From a virus (Duplodnaviria; Caudoviricetes), in IMG/VR virus record IMGVR_UViG_3300037067_013378, positions 71,614 through 135,613 of that record: a DNA stretch of 64,000 nucleotides. One strand, 5' to 3'. The notes below the pieces were generated by a model, which was not told the origin of the DNA, searched no databases, and saw only the letters and a list, made by a program, of their open reading frames with translations. The position numbers and the translations under genes are program-made. Below are positions 49,439 to 59,838 of the stretch, piece by piece (the first letter of the stretch is position 1; the number at the start of each line of letters is the position of its first letter).

Positions 49439-50071
49439 ATGTTTGACAAAGAATTAGAAAATAAATATATATTTAATACAAGAGTTCTTGCTGCTAAAGA
49501 ATATTTGAAAAAGTGGCATCCTGATAATTATGATAAATTTATAAAACAATTAAGTGAATACCATTTAGCTGTTTTAGGTTCTATTTCAAAGGATGTTATA
49601 ACTAAAACAGGTTTAGATACATATGAACAAATTGTTGAATTGATAAATCAATATGCATCAGATAAAATTTTAAAAAATAATTCTAAAGAAGATAAAAAGA
49701 AGAAAGGATTAGTTTTAATAAAAAATTGGAATCCCGATAATTATCATGATTTATTAGATTATATTGATGATGATGAATTAATAAAATTATCAGAAGTAAA
49801 TAAAGATATTATATCTACTTATGGATTAAATACAGTTATGGATATTAAGACTTGCATAAAGAAAAATGAAACATCTAAAATAAGTAACTTTAATGTTGAT
49901 TTTTATAATGGTAATTATAATGAATTTTTATATAATACTTTCATTTCTTTTAGAAAGATTCATGATAATAAAATAGATACTGACATTAATGTAAAAGATT
50001 TTGATTATGAATTTTTTGGTGGTTTGATGGAAAATTTAATTAAAACTTATATAAAGTATCATAAAAAATGA
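49439..50071 (+). CDS. Hypothetical protein with internal W.PDNY repeat
   Basis: KKWHPDNYD / KNWNPDNYH. Confidence 0.6.
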   Translation: MFDKELENKYIFNTRVLAAKEYLKKWHPDNYDKFIKQLSEYHLAVLGSISKDVITKTGLDTYEQIVELINQYASDKILKNNSKEDKKKKGLVLIKNWNPDNYHDLLDYIDDDELIKLSEVNKDIISTYGLNTVMDIKTCIKKNETSKISNFNVDFYNGNYNEFLYNTFISFRKIHDNKIDTDINVKDFDYEFFGGLMENLIKTYIKYHKK

Positions 50072-50818
50072 TAATTGATATTGAAATTTTAGAATCATAT
50101 TTAAATTCTTTAAATCAATGCGAAAATATTGAAAATATTAAAATTTTATGTAGAAATAGTGAAGATGTTATATTTCAATGTCATTATAAATTAATAAATA
50201 ATTCTGAAGATATTCATATAAATATTTTTACTGTAAATATTAATGATATTAAAAAATGGATTAGAGTAAACAAATTAAAAAATATTTTAGAATAAAAATG
50301 TGTGATATTAATGAGAAAAATATAGAAAAATATATTAATTCTAATATTGAAATATTAAATTTTTATAAAACTACAAATATTAAAATTTTAAATATTATTA
50401 AAATAGATGATGATTTTATCACATTAAAAATTCAACGAGATTTTTGTAAAAATTGGTCATATGGAGAAACAATTTTAATTGAATTAAATAAAAAATATTT
50501 TATTAATTGGTTAAGAATTAACAAATTAAAAAGAATATCATGGAAATAACAGAAAAACATATTGTATATTATATTGAAAATAAAGTTGAAAATAATGAGA
50601 AAATAAAAATACAAAAATATTATATGAATATGAATTCTGGAAATATTCAGGTTTTTTATATGAAAATTAAAGATAAGAATAATACTGATATTGAAAAAGA
50701 TAGATATGGTTTTACTGTGTTATCACAAAATATTAATTTTTTAATAATTAATAAAAAAGACATTTTAAAACATATAAGAAAACAAAAAATTAATAATTTA
50801 ATAGATGAAAACAATTGA
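50068..50818 (+). CDS. Three tandem small genes with RxxK motif (50068-50295, 50298-50549, 50540-50818)
   Basis: End RVNKLKNIL, RINKLKRI, RKQKINNL. Confidence 0.6.
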
Positions 50819-51329
50819 AACATTAAAAGAAAATAAATGGTTATCGTTAAAGATAATGAAATATCCAGAAAAAGGTGTACATGGTTATGTTTATTCACAT
50901 GAAACAAGATGTGATGGGAAAATTGTTTCTATCTTACCATATAGAATAAAATATGGAAAAATTGAATATCTTTTAAGGAGAGAAGTTACACCATGTTGGG
51001 GTGTAGATAAACAAGTTATTAGTTCAATTACTGGTGGTGTAGAAAATGATGATCCACATACAACGGTTATTCATGAAATATTAGAAGAGGCTGGATATGA
51101 TGTAACTAAAGAGCAATTAATACCACTTGGTACATCTTTTGGTATTAAGAGTTCAGATACAGTTTATTATTATTTTTCAGTTAATCTTACTGATATGAAA
51201 AGAGAAGTTGCAAAAGGTGATGGTTCAGAATTAGAAGCGCAAGCTGAATGTGTTAGGAGTAAAAATATTGATGGTGCTGTTGTTCCTTTATTATATACAG
51301 CTTATTATTTATTACAAAAAGAATTATAA
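50805..51329 (+). CDS. NUDIX hydrolase
   Basis: GGVE..HEILEEAGY. Confidence 0.8.
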   Translation: MKTIETLKENKWLSLKIMKYPEKGVHGYVYSHETRCDGKIVSILPYRIKYGKIEYLLRREVTPCWGVDKQVISSITGGVENDDPHTTVIHEILEEAGYDVTKEQLIPLGTSFGIKSSDTVYYYFSVNLTDMKREVAKGDGSELEAQAECVRSKNIDGAVVPLLYTAYYLLQKEL

Positions 51330-51333
51330 TAAT

Positions 51334-51795
51334 ATGGCACTACCACATTTTGGAGGTAAATTTAATAATATTGATATTATTTATAATTCATTATTTGAAA
51401 TATCTACTAATATAGATAATAAAAATAATTTATTAAGAAATAATATATTAGGAATATATAATAATAAAATGATTTTTTTTGAATTTGATAAATCATTTGA
51501 AATAATAAATAAACATATTGGAGAAATTATTGATTTTAAAATAAATATTCAAAATAAAAAAGGAGAAAACGTTTTTAATCTTAAATTTAACAATTTTAAA
51601 TTTATTGGATATTTAAATTTTTTAAATTTTGATTATAATTCAAATGATGAAAAAAATTTAGAAGTTAAATATGATTTCACAGATATTCAATATATTAATA
51701 ATAAAAATTTAAAACAGTTGCGTATTGATAAAATAAATGATATCTTTGACGTTAAAAATAATGATTATATTATAAAAAAGGAATTTTTGTTATAA
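51334..51795 (+). CDS. Hypothetical protein, weakly tail-tube-like
   Basis: MALPHF..IYNSLFEI; RIDKINDIF. Confidence 0.45.
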   Translation: MALPHFGGKFNNIDIIYNSLFEISTNIDNKNNLLRNNILGIYNNKMIFFEFDKSFEIINKHIGEIIDFKINIQNKKGENVFNLKFNNFKFIGYLNFLNFDYNSNDEKNLEVKYDFTDIQYINNKNLKQLRIDKINDIFDVKNNDYIIKKEFLL

Positions 51796-51800
51796 AAAAT

Positions 51801-51988
51801 ATAATCGACCATACGCTGTGTAAACAGAGGAAACTCCCGACATCATAGCTTAATTCAGGAGATTTAAAAATCGTTTGTACTGAAAAGGATGCAACCAGAA
51901 ACAGTTTAAGAAGGTGAGCTATTCGATAATAACAAGGTTTGGGCGAAGATAAATGTATGGATAGAACAGAATCGGGGTTACGGGTTAT
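51801..51988 (+). ncRNA. rnpB: Minimal RNase P RNA
   Basis: GAGGAAACTCCCGA and AACAGAATCGGGGTTA form P4 with compensatory changes; P2 CCATAC/GTATGG; P3 CTGT/ACAG. Confidence 0.85.
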
Positions 51989-52036
51989 TTTTTTATTTCA
52001 AAAATATTTATTATATTTACACCAAAATATATTGTT

Positions 52037-52852
52037 ATGAAATTTAAAGCTAAATTTCCAATACCAACTAAAGATTTCCAAAAAATAGAATGGGTTGATT
52101 TTATTGTTGAATCTAATGTTGAAGAAAATTCAACTGCTGGAGATGAAATTGAATATAAAGCAATTATACCTGATTTTATGTTCGATGAACTTGCTGATAG
52201 TGAACCACGTTTTAAAACTAAATATGATATTAATAATCGTAATGTAAGTGGTTTATTTCCTAAAAGTATAGTTAGGAGAAAATTTCAAAAAACTCAAACT
52301 TCAATATTGTTATCTTCTCTTAGAGATTATTTTAATGAATTAACAACTCTATTAGTTGATAAACATTCAGTTCAAACTGAGAGTATGAAAAAGAAAATAT
52401 TTATTTCTTTTAATCATAGTAATGAACACACTACAAACGGATTAAATTGTGCTTATACTGGTGAAAGAATTAATCAAACGTTTAGATATTTTATTGGATA
52501 TGAAGTGATGACAGATAAATTTTCAAATCTTCTAAATAGAAAAGTTGAAAAACGTTACATCACAAAAATCGGATACGCCTCACCTATGGCATCTGTTCAA
52601 TTATACAATTCTCATTTTAAAGAAAGAGAAGATTTGTTTTTACCGATACCAAATCTTAATGAAAGTGTAGAAGATTTTGAGAAAAGATATTCTATTATAG
52701 ATTGGACAGAAGAACGAGAACAATTTTGTGAAAGAATAAAACAAACTTTCATACAAGTGAATAATGAGTTGGCTGAATTTTTGAAAGATATTGATTCAGA
52801 AAAAATTGATTTTTTAATGTCTTCAAATAAATTAAAAATTTTAGGTCAATAA
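52037..52852 (+). CDS. Hypothetical protein
   Basis: 271-aa ORF. Confidence 0.7.
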   Translation: MKFKAKFPIPTKDFQKIEWVDFIVESNVEENSTAGDEIEYKAIIPDFMFDELADSEPRFKTKYDINNRNVSGLFPKSIVRRKFQKTQTSILLSSLRDYFNELTTLLVDKHSVQTESMKKKIFISFNHSNEHTTNGLNCAYTGERINQTFRYFIGYEVMTDKFSNLLNRKVEKRYITKIGYASPMASVQLYNSHFKEREDLFLPIPNLNESVEDFEKRYSIIDWTEEREQFCERIKQTFIQVNNELAEFLKDIDSEKIDFLMSSNKLKILGQ

Positions 52853-52864
52853 ATTATACACAAA

Positions 52865-53757
52865 ATGAGAGATAATGAGATATATTTTGATAAATTTAAA
52901 AATTTTTACTATACGAATGGTTTTTATTTCAGAAATTTAGAAGATGCGAAAAATTTCATATGGGAAAAAGATAAAAATGTTATCATAAAATATTCATTTG
53001 AAACACACGAAGAGAAAATAAAAAGATTAAGAGCAGAGAGAACTTCAAAAATAAAAGAAATATTAGAATAAATTTTTCAACTTTTTTTATTTTTTAGTAT
53101 ATAAAAAATAAAAAATATGAATAAAGGTTTAAATCAAAAACTAAATATTACATATGATTTTGATGATGTTATTACAAAAACATATGTAGATTCTTGTTTA
53201 GATTCAACAGCAGAAACATCTAATAATTATATTATAGATTATAGTAAATATCAATCATTATTAGAAGAAAAAGAAGTAAGAAAGAATAGAATAGATAAAT
53301 TGTACGAAATATTTAAAGACTAAAAACTATGATAAAAAAAAGAATTTGTTCAGTTAAACATTTTGAAAGAATGTTAATTTATTTCAAAAAAACTGCTATT
53401 AAGCAGATGTTAAATAATCCACATATTAATAATAAATATTATAATGTTATTAATAGTTTCATTTTAACTGAAACATTAAACGATGATAAATCTTCACAAA
53501 TTGATGATTGTTTAGAATCCTTATTAAAAACATTTAAACATAATCCTTATAAATCAAATTCTGGTTTTCAGAAAAAGGATTTAATGTACACTATAAATAG
53601 TTTTTGGGTTACATATACATATGAAACATATGATAATAAAAGAATAAAAAATAATGATTATTCAAATTGTTATATTTGTTTTAGAATTTTTATGAAAATA
53701 GATAGCCACAGGAAAAAAAGAGTAGCTATTTGGAAAGTTAAAGTAAATTGGTTGTAA
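52865..53757 (+). CDS. Small hypothetical genes (52865-53071, 53117-53323, 53329-53757)
   Basis: First two end in RxxK motif. Confidence 0.55.
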
Positions 53758-53761
53758 AATT

Positions 53762-54187
53762 ATGGAAGAATTTAAACACCCAAGAGTTGGAGTAGCTATT
53801 GCTATATATAATAAAGAAAATAAAATTCTTTTAGGTCATAGAATAGGTAAACATGGTTATGATACTTGGTCAGTACCTGGTGGTCATCTTGAAAAATATG
53901 AATCTCCAATTAATTGTGTAATTAGAGAAACATTAGAGGAAACTGGTATTGATTTAAATCCTTACGTACATTTAATCAAAGAAGATATGTTTGTAAATAA
54001 TATATTTTTTGAATCTGATAGACATTATATAACATTAGTTTATACTTTATTTATTGATGAATATTTAGAAGCTAAAATTGTAGAACCAGATAAGTGTGAT
54101 AACTGGAATTGGTTTTCATTAGGTGAAATTCCATCAAATTTATTTTTACCACTTAAAAATTATTTAAATAAAAAACATAACATTTAA
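53762..54187 (+). CDS. NUDIX hydrolase (NUDT15/MutT-like)
   Basis: PRVGV..PGGHLE..RETLEETG..EPDKC..W.WF. Confidence 0.9.
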   Translation: MEEFKHPRVGVAIAIYNKENKILLGHRIGKHGYDTWSVPGGHLEKYESPINCVIRETLEETGIDLNPYVHLIKEDMFVNNIFFESDRHYITLVYTLFIDEYLEAKIVEPDKCDNWNWFSLGEIPSNLFLPLKNYLNKKHNI

Positions 54188-54472
54188 ATGACTTTAAATG
54201 AATATCTTATTAAAAATAATATAGATTGTGAAAGACATTTTAAACTTGATTTAAGTGTTAAGAATCTTTTAATAGGAGAAAATTTATTATTTATGTGTAA
54301 AAGTGATGGAAAAACATTTAAAGATTTGAATATTGCTGAATATTATGTACACACAACAGTATTTAATAATTTTTTCTTTTTAGATTTAAAAGAAATATAT
54401 AATAACATTGAAGTGTATAATAGTATTACATATATAAGGTATAAAAAATTAAAACAAATATTAAATAGTTAA
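54188..54472 (+). CDS. Hypothetical protein with RxxK motif
   Basis: RYKKLKQIL. Confidence 0.5.
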   Translation: MTLNEYLIKNNIDCERHFKLDLSVKNLLIGENLLFMCKSDGKTFKDLNIAEYYVHTTVFNNFFFLDLKEIYNNIEVYNSITYIRYKKLKQILNS

Positions 54473-54736
54473 ATCTTTTGTATAATCAAAATTAAAAAAA
54501 TATTGTCTTTTAGAAATAAGTTTATCTGTTAATATATCATCAACACCATTACTTATTAAATAATCTTTTATTTCTAAATCAGAACTTTCTTCATCATTTT
54601 GTAATGTTGATAAAATAAAACTCCATTCTTCGTTTGGATATTCATTTGTTAATATTTCCATAAAAGATAAAAATTCTTCTTTACTATCATATTGTTCATT
54701 AATATTAAATGATTCAAATTTTTTAATGTATTTCAT
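54461..54736 (-). CDS. Hypothetical protein
   Basis: MKYIKKFESF N-terminus. Confidence 0.6.
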   Translation of the reverse strand: MKYIKKFESFNINEQYDSKEEFLSFMEILTNEYPNEEWSFILSTLQNDEESSDLEIKDYLISNGVDDILTDKLISKRQYFFNFDYTKDLTI

Positions 54737-54803
54737 TTTCCAAAAATTATTTTTTATTATATATTAAAAATAATATATACAAAATATAAAACAATATGTA
54801 GAT

Positions 54804-55736
54804 ATGAATATACAAAAATTTTCATTATTAGAATCAAATAATTATTCAGAAAAATTATTAAGACTTCTTGCAAGAAAAAAAATTTTACCTGAAATACAAG
54901 ATGTTTATAGTAATTGGAAACAAGATGAAAATGGTATTGATGTGATGTTAGGTTCAGGTGGTATTTGTCAAGATATAGCAGAAAAAATTTGTTCTGTTTT
55001 AATTGAAAATGATATAGAATGTACAACAGTATCACAAGAAATTGATGAACAACATGTTTACACTGTTGCTAAAATGGATGATGGTGTTTATATTATAGAT
55101 GTTTCACCTTATACTTATGAAACAGGTGGTGGTTATAATTGGAAAAAAATACCAAATGTGATATTTGAAGAAAGTGATATTATAATTAAAAGAATTAGTC
55201 CTGATGTAGATGATTATAATAGTTACATATATGAATCTATATTTGAAAATATTTCTAATATGGGTGACGATATACAAATATTAAAAAGTAGTAATATGTC
55301 AGGGAATACAGAAAATAAACAAAATGATAGTTTATCTGGAGATACTGGTAATAAACAATATCAACCAAAAGAAATTATAGTTGATGTTGAAAATAAAGAT
55401 GATGAAATAATAAAAGATATAATTAATAGATTTACATTATTAATTAAAAAAAGAAAGATTAGAAATTTAAGAGTTTTAAAAATTACTGGTATTTTAAATA
55501 AATTGGATATATCAGCATTAAAATATAGTAAATTGGATATAATTATGTCAAACAATGATGAAATAATAGCCACATATACACTTAATATAAATAAAATTTC
55601 AAACATAAAAATATCTATTAATAAGAATTTAGTATTTGATTTAGACCACAAAACATATGATATTAATGCTATGATTGAAAAAATGGTAACATATTATAAA
55701 AAATATTTAGAACATAAAAATTGGAAAATAAAATAA
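54804..55736 (+). CDS. Hypothetical protein with possible Cys-His-Asp triad
   Basis: GGICQDIA..QHVY..IID. Confidence 0.55.
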   Translation: MNIQKFSLLESNNYSEKLLRLLARKKILPEIQDVYSNWKQDENGIDVMLGSGGICQDIAEKICSVLIENDIECTTVSQEIDEQHVYTVAKMDDGVYIIDVSPYTYETGGGYNWKKIPNVIFEESDIIIKRISPDVDDYNSYIYESIFENISNMGDDIQILKSSNMSGNTENKQNDSLSGDTGNKQYQPKEIIVDVENKDDEIIKDIINRFTLLIKKRKIRNLRVLKITGILNKLDISALKYSKLDIIMSNNDEIIATYTLNINKISNIKISINKNLVFDLDHKTYDINAMIEKMVTYYKKYLEHKNWKIK

Positions 55737-55811
55737 TTCTTTTTATATTTGTAATATGAATACATTATTTCCACAAATTAAAAGAAATATTTGATAAATA
55801 AATTAAATATT

Positions 55812-56506
55812 ATGGAAAGAAAAACAGGTTATTATTGGGTTAGAACTGGTAAAGGTTGGGAAGTTTCAAAATGGGATAGTTCTGAAAAATGTTGGTATTT
55901 AACTGGTGCTAATTTTAGATATTTTAATAGAGAATTGTTAGATATTGATGAAAATATGATAATTAGAAAAAATATTGATGAAGAACCAATTGGATAAAGA
56001 TATAGAAAAAATTAAATTAGCAAGAATGAAACCAGAAGAAAAGTTTCTCCACGAAACTTTTTCTAATTTAAAACAATATGAAGAAAATAATATAATTTAT
56101 TATAAAAATAAACATCATATTGTTTGTTGTTATGATAAAATATATAATACTGTTACATATGATTATAGTATTTATAGTGAATTATATAAAAAATATAAAA
56201 TGCGTGATAAAGATATTTATATTTTAGTTGATGATAGAAAAAACAATACATTATAAAAATATTAATATACCTCATCATAATATTTAAAAAATCATGGAAA
56301 AAATAAAAGAAATTGTTAAAAGTTTTAAAACTTATGACGAATTATATCAATTGATTGTTGATTTTAATTATGATGTTAAAAATGTTTTATTTAAAAAACT
56401 TGATACAAATGAATATCCTGAATTAGATTTGATGATTGAATATTTTATAAAAAAAGAAGACTTTGAAAAAGTCATCATTCTTAGACATATACAAAAAACT
56501 TTATAA
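55812..56506 (+). CDS. Small hypothetical genes (55812-55997; 55975-56256 DKDIEKIKLARM family; 56294-56506)
   Basis: ORF track and shared motif. Confidence 0.55.
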
Positions 56507-56580
56507 TTTTTTTAATAAATATTTTTATTTTAAGAAATTTATTTATATATTTGCAAGATAAAATATTTAATCTTTAAAAT

Positions 56581-56877
56581 ATGAATGATAACGACACAAC
56601 AACAGTAAAACCATCTATCTTAAATGATTTTGGTTTTGAAAATGTGACAGAAGATACCTATAAATTATTAATACATAATGATCATGTTAATGATATGCTT
56701 CATGTTGTATTGAGTTTAGTGGCTATATGTAAACTGTCACCAGAAGAAGCATCATCAATAATGATGGAAGCTCATATTAATGGTAAAGCTGTTGCAAAAA
56801 CTGGTTCACTTGAACAAATGAACAATATGAAAAAAGCTTTAAATAATATGAATATTGAAGCTACGGTGGAATTGTAA
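56581..56877 (+). CDS. clpS: Clp protease adaptor ClpS
   Basis: LLIHNDHVN..V..L..A..IMMEAH..GKA. Confidence 0.85.
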   Translation: MNDNDTTTVKPSILNDFGFENVTEDTYKLLIHNDHVNDMLHVVLSLVAICKLSPEEASSIMMEAHINGKAVAKTGSLEQMNNMKKALNNMNIEATVEL

Positions 56878-56900
56878 ATCATAAATTAAATTATATACAT

Positions 56901-59315
56901 ATGCTAAATTATTCTGAGAATTACAAAAAAATTATTGAGAACGCTAAGAGATCATCAGATGGTCTTGTTCAACCAGCGAATTTGCTTAAAGGTATCATGA
57001 TGACACCTGAAAGTACAGCTTATAGAGCTTTGGAATATTTAAATTTAAGACCAAATGTAGATTTACCTGATATTGGTGTGGAACTTCAGGAATCTTATAA
57101 AGTGACATCTTTTACTGAAAATATTCTTAAACAATCTGAACTTGAAGCAGTAAGACTGTCTTCTAAGGTGATTAAATCAGAACATCTTTTACTTGCAATA
57201 GTAAGGGCGAATTCCATAGAAAATATCAAGGTTGCTGATATTGAGATTGTTATTGACAAAATAACAAAAGAAGATTCTGATAATGGTTCTTTAACACCAG
57301 ATGGAAATGTTGACAGTAAGTCATCAAATAAGGGTAAACAGACCATTCTTGATAAATTTTGCATTAATTTGAATGATAAAGCAAAAGAAGGTAAACTTGA
57401 TCCCATTATTGGTAGAGAGAAAGAAATGCAAAGAATTGAACAAATTCTTTCAAGACGTAAAAAGAACAATCCTGTTCTTATTGGTGAAGCAGGTGTTGGA
57501 AAGACTGCTATTATTGAAGGTCTTGCACAAAGAATTGTTAATGGTGATGTTAATGAATATCTCATTGATAAGAAAATTCTTGTTATGGATATGAATTCAA
57601 TTGTAGCTGGAACTAAATTCAGAGGCGAATTTGAAGAAAGAATTAAGAAAATTATTGATGAAATCATCAAGGATAAAAATTTTATTGTTTATATTGATGA
57701 AATTCATACAATTGTTGGTGCTGGTTCTTCACAAGGTGCTTTGGATGCTGCTAATATTTTGAAACCTGCACTATCAAGAGGTGAATTTTCTTGTATTGGT
57801 TCAACAACCATGAAGGAATATCGTCAGATTGAAAAAGATGGTGCATTGGAAAGAAGATTTCAGAAGGTTATTATTAATGAACCTACAATGGATGAAACTA
57901 AGAAAATTCTTTATAGTTTGAAAAATAAATATGAAGATTTTCATGGTGTCGTTTATTCAGATGACGTTATGAGTGAGTTTTTATCTTTGTCAAATCGTTA
58001 TATGAACGAGAGAAAATTTCCTGATAAGGCCATAGATATTATGGATGAAGTTGGTTCTTATGCCAAAATCAGAAGGATTAAATCAGAAGAACTTCTTCAG
58101 AAAGAAAAGGAACTTGAAGATTTGAAAAATCAAAAAATCAAGTATGTTGAAGAACAATTGTTTGAAAAAGCTGCAGCCACAAAACAAAAAGAAAAAGTGG
58201 TTCAGAAAGAAGTTGATGAACTCATGGGTAAGCTTAAAGAAAATAAAATAGCTGTTACAAAAGAAGATGTTTTTGAAGTAACATCAGTTATGACTAATAT
58301 TCCATCAAAGAATATTACGGAAAACGAAATTGATAAGTTTATTCAACTTGAAAAGAACATCAAGTCTGTTTTTGTTGGACAAGATGAGTCTGTTGATAAG
58401 ATAACAAAAGCTCTTATTAGAAATAAGGCTGGTCTTGGTAATAGTAAAAAACCTATTGGTGTATTCTTGTTTTTAGGCCAAACTGGTGTTGGTAAAACTT
58501 ATTTGACTAAGTTGTTATCAAAGAATCTTTTCAATTCAGAAGATGATTATATTCGTGTTGATATGAGTGAATATATGGAAAAACAATCAGTTTCGAGATT
58601 GATTGGTGCATCACCTGGGTATGTGGGTTATGAAGAAGGTGGTCAGCTTACAGAAAAAGTAAGACGAAAACCGTATAGTATTATCCTTTTGGATGAGATT
58701 GAAAAAGCTCATGCAGATGTTTGGAATATTCTTCTTCAAATATTTGATGATGGTGTTCTAACTGATAGTCAAGGTAGGACAGTTAATTTCAAAAATACTG
58801 TTATTATCATGACTTCAAACATCGGAAGTAAAAAAGCTGTTGAATTTGGAACTTCAATTGGTTTTAATTCACAAGATAATGATAAATCACAATCTATTGT
58901 TGATAAAGAGTTGAAAAGTAAATTTTCACCTGAGTTTTTGAATAGGATTGATGATATCATTAAATTCAACTCTTTAACTGAAAAGGATGTTAAGGGTATT
59001 ATTGATATCGAATTGAACAATTTCTCAAAGTTGTTACTTGATACAAATGATGTTACCATAAACTTTTCAGAGTCTGTTAAAGATTTAATTTTCAAAAAGG
59101 GTTGGGATGCAAAAATGGGTGCAAGGCCGATTAAGAGAACTATTCAACATCTTGTTGAAGATGAAGTATCTTTGATGGTTTTGAGTAAGAAAGTTAACTC
59201 TGGTGATGAAATCAATTCTGAATGTAAAGATGGTGATAGTGTTATAACATTTACTATAGTGAACAAGAAGAAGGTAGAATTTAACAAAAAAAATTTAGGT
59301 GAAGTTGTTTTCTAA
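56901..59315 (+). CDS. clpC: ATP-dependent Clp protease ATPase subunit (ClpC-type)
   Basis: Two AAA modules GEAGVGKT / GQTGVGKT, UVR segment, IGF loop, GARP. Confidence 0.93.
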   Translation: MLNYSENYKKIIENAKRSSDGLVQPANLLKGIMMTPESTAYRALEYLNLRPNVDLPDIGVELQESYKVTSFTENILKQSELEAVRLSSKVIKSEHLLLAIVRANSIENIKVADIEIVIDKITKEDSDNGSLTPDGNVDSKSSNKGKQTILDKFCINLNDKAKEGKLDPIIGREKEMQRIEQILSRRKKNNPVLIGEAGVGKTAIIEGLAQRIVNGDVNEYLIDKKILVMDMNSIVAGTKFRGEFEERIKKIIDEIIKDKNFIVYIDEIHTIVGAGSSQGALDAANILKPALSRGEFSCIGSTTMKEYRQIEKDGALERRFQKVIINEPTMDETKKILYSLKNKYEDFHGVVYSDDVMSEFLSLSNRYMNERKFPDKAIDIMDEVGSYAKIRRIKSEELLQKEKELEDLKNQKIKYVEEQLFEKAAATKQKEKVVQKEVDELMGKLKENKIAVTKEDVFEVTSVMTNIPSKNITENEIDKFIQLEKNIKSVFVGQDESVDKITKALIRNKAGLGNSKKPIGVFLFLGQTGVGKTYLTKLLSKNLFNSEDDYIRVDMSEYMEKQSVSRLIGASPGYVGYEEGGQLTEKVRRKPYSIILLDEIEKAHADVWNILLQIFDDGVLTDSQGRTVNFKNTVIIMTSNIGSKKAVEFGTSIGFNSQDNDKSQSIVDKELKSKFSPEFLNRIDDIIKFNSLTEKDVKGIIDIELNNFSKLLLDTNDVTINFSESVKDLIFKKGWDAKMGARPIKRTIQHLVEDEVSLMVLSKKVNSGDEINSECKDGDSVITFTIVNKKKVEFNKKNLGEVVF

Positions 59316-59351
59316 TATGTGATTATTTAGTTTAAGTTTTGATTGTGATGT

Positions 59352-59382
59352 GGCGGTATAAGAAATTATATCGCCATTTTTT
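59352..59382 (+). terminator. Intrinsic terminator
   Basis: TGGCGGTATAA/TTATATCGCCA plus T-run. Confidence 0.7.
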
Positions 59383-59481
59383 CTATTTCTATTAAATTAG
59401 CTGTAACCGTTGGTATTTCATCTATAATTTCATCAATTTTTATTTTATATTCATATTGTAAAATATATTTAATTAATAAAT

Positions 59482-59835
59482 CTAATAATACTTTACTGTG
59501 ATTTGATATAAATTTTTCAAAATATGATTTTTTATATCTATTTCATTTATTTTTTTAATTCTTATTTTTCTTTTCATTTTATTAATATAATCACTTTCTT
59601 TTGAAATGTTAAAAACATATTGTTCAGCTATTTTAATTCCATATGTACATATATCTTCTGCATTACTTTCACAACCTAAAAATGATAAAATACCTTCAAC
59701 TCTAATTAAAACACCTAATTGATTATTAGAATTTCGATACATTGCAAAACTAACTAATTCTATATTAGTACCACCAAATGATTTTTTTAAGATTTCTATA
59801 GCTGAATAAATTACTGGTGATATATCGGTGTTCAT
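59482..59835 (-). CDS. Hypothetical protein
   Basis: RIKKINEI near C-terminus. Confidence 0.55.
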   Translation of the reverse strand: MNTDISPVIYSAIEILKKSFGGTNIELVSFAMYRNSNNQLGVLIRVEGILSFLGCESNAEDICTYGIKIAEQYVFNISKESDYINKMKRKIRIKKINEIDIKNHILKNLYQITVKYY

Positions 59836-59838
59836 AAA

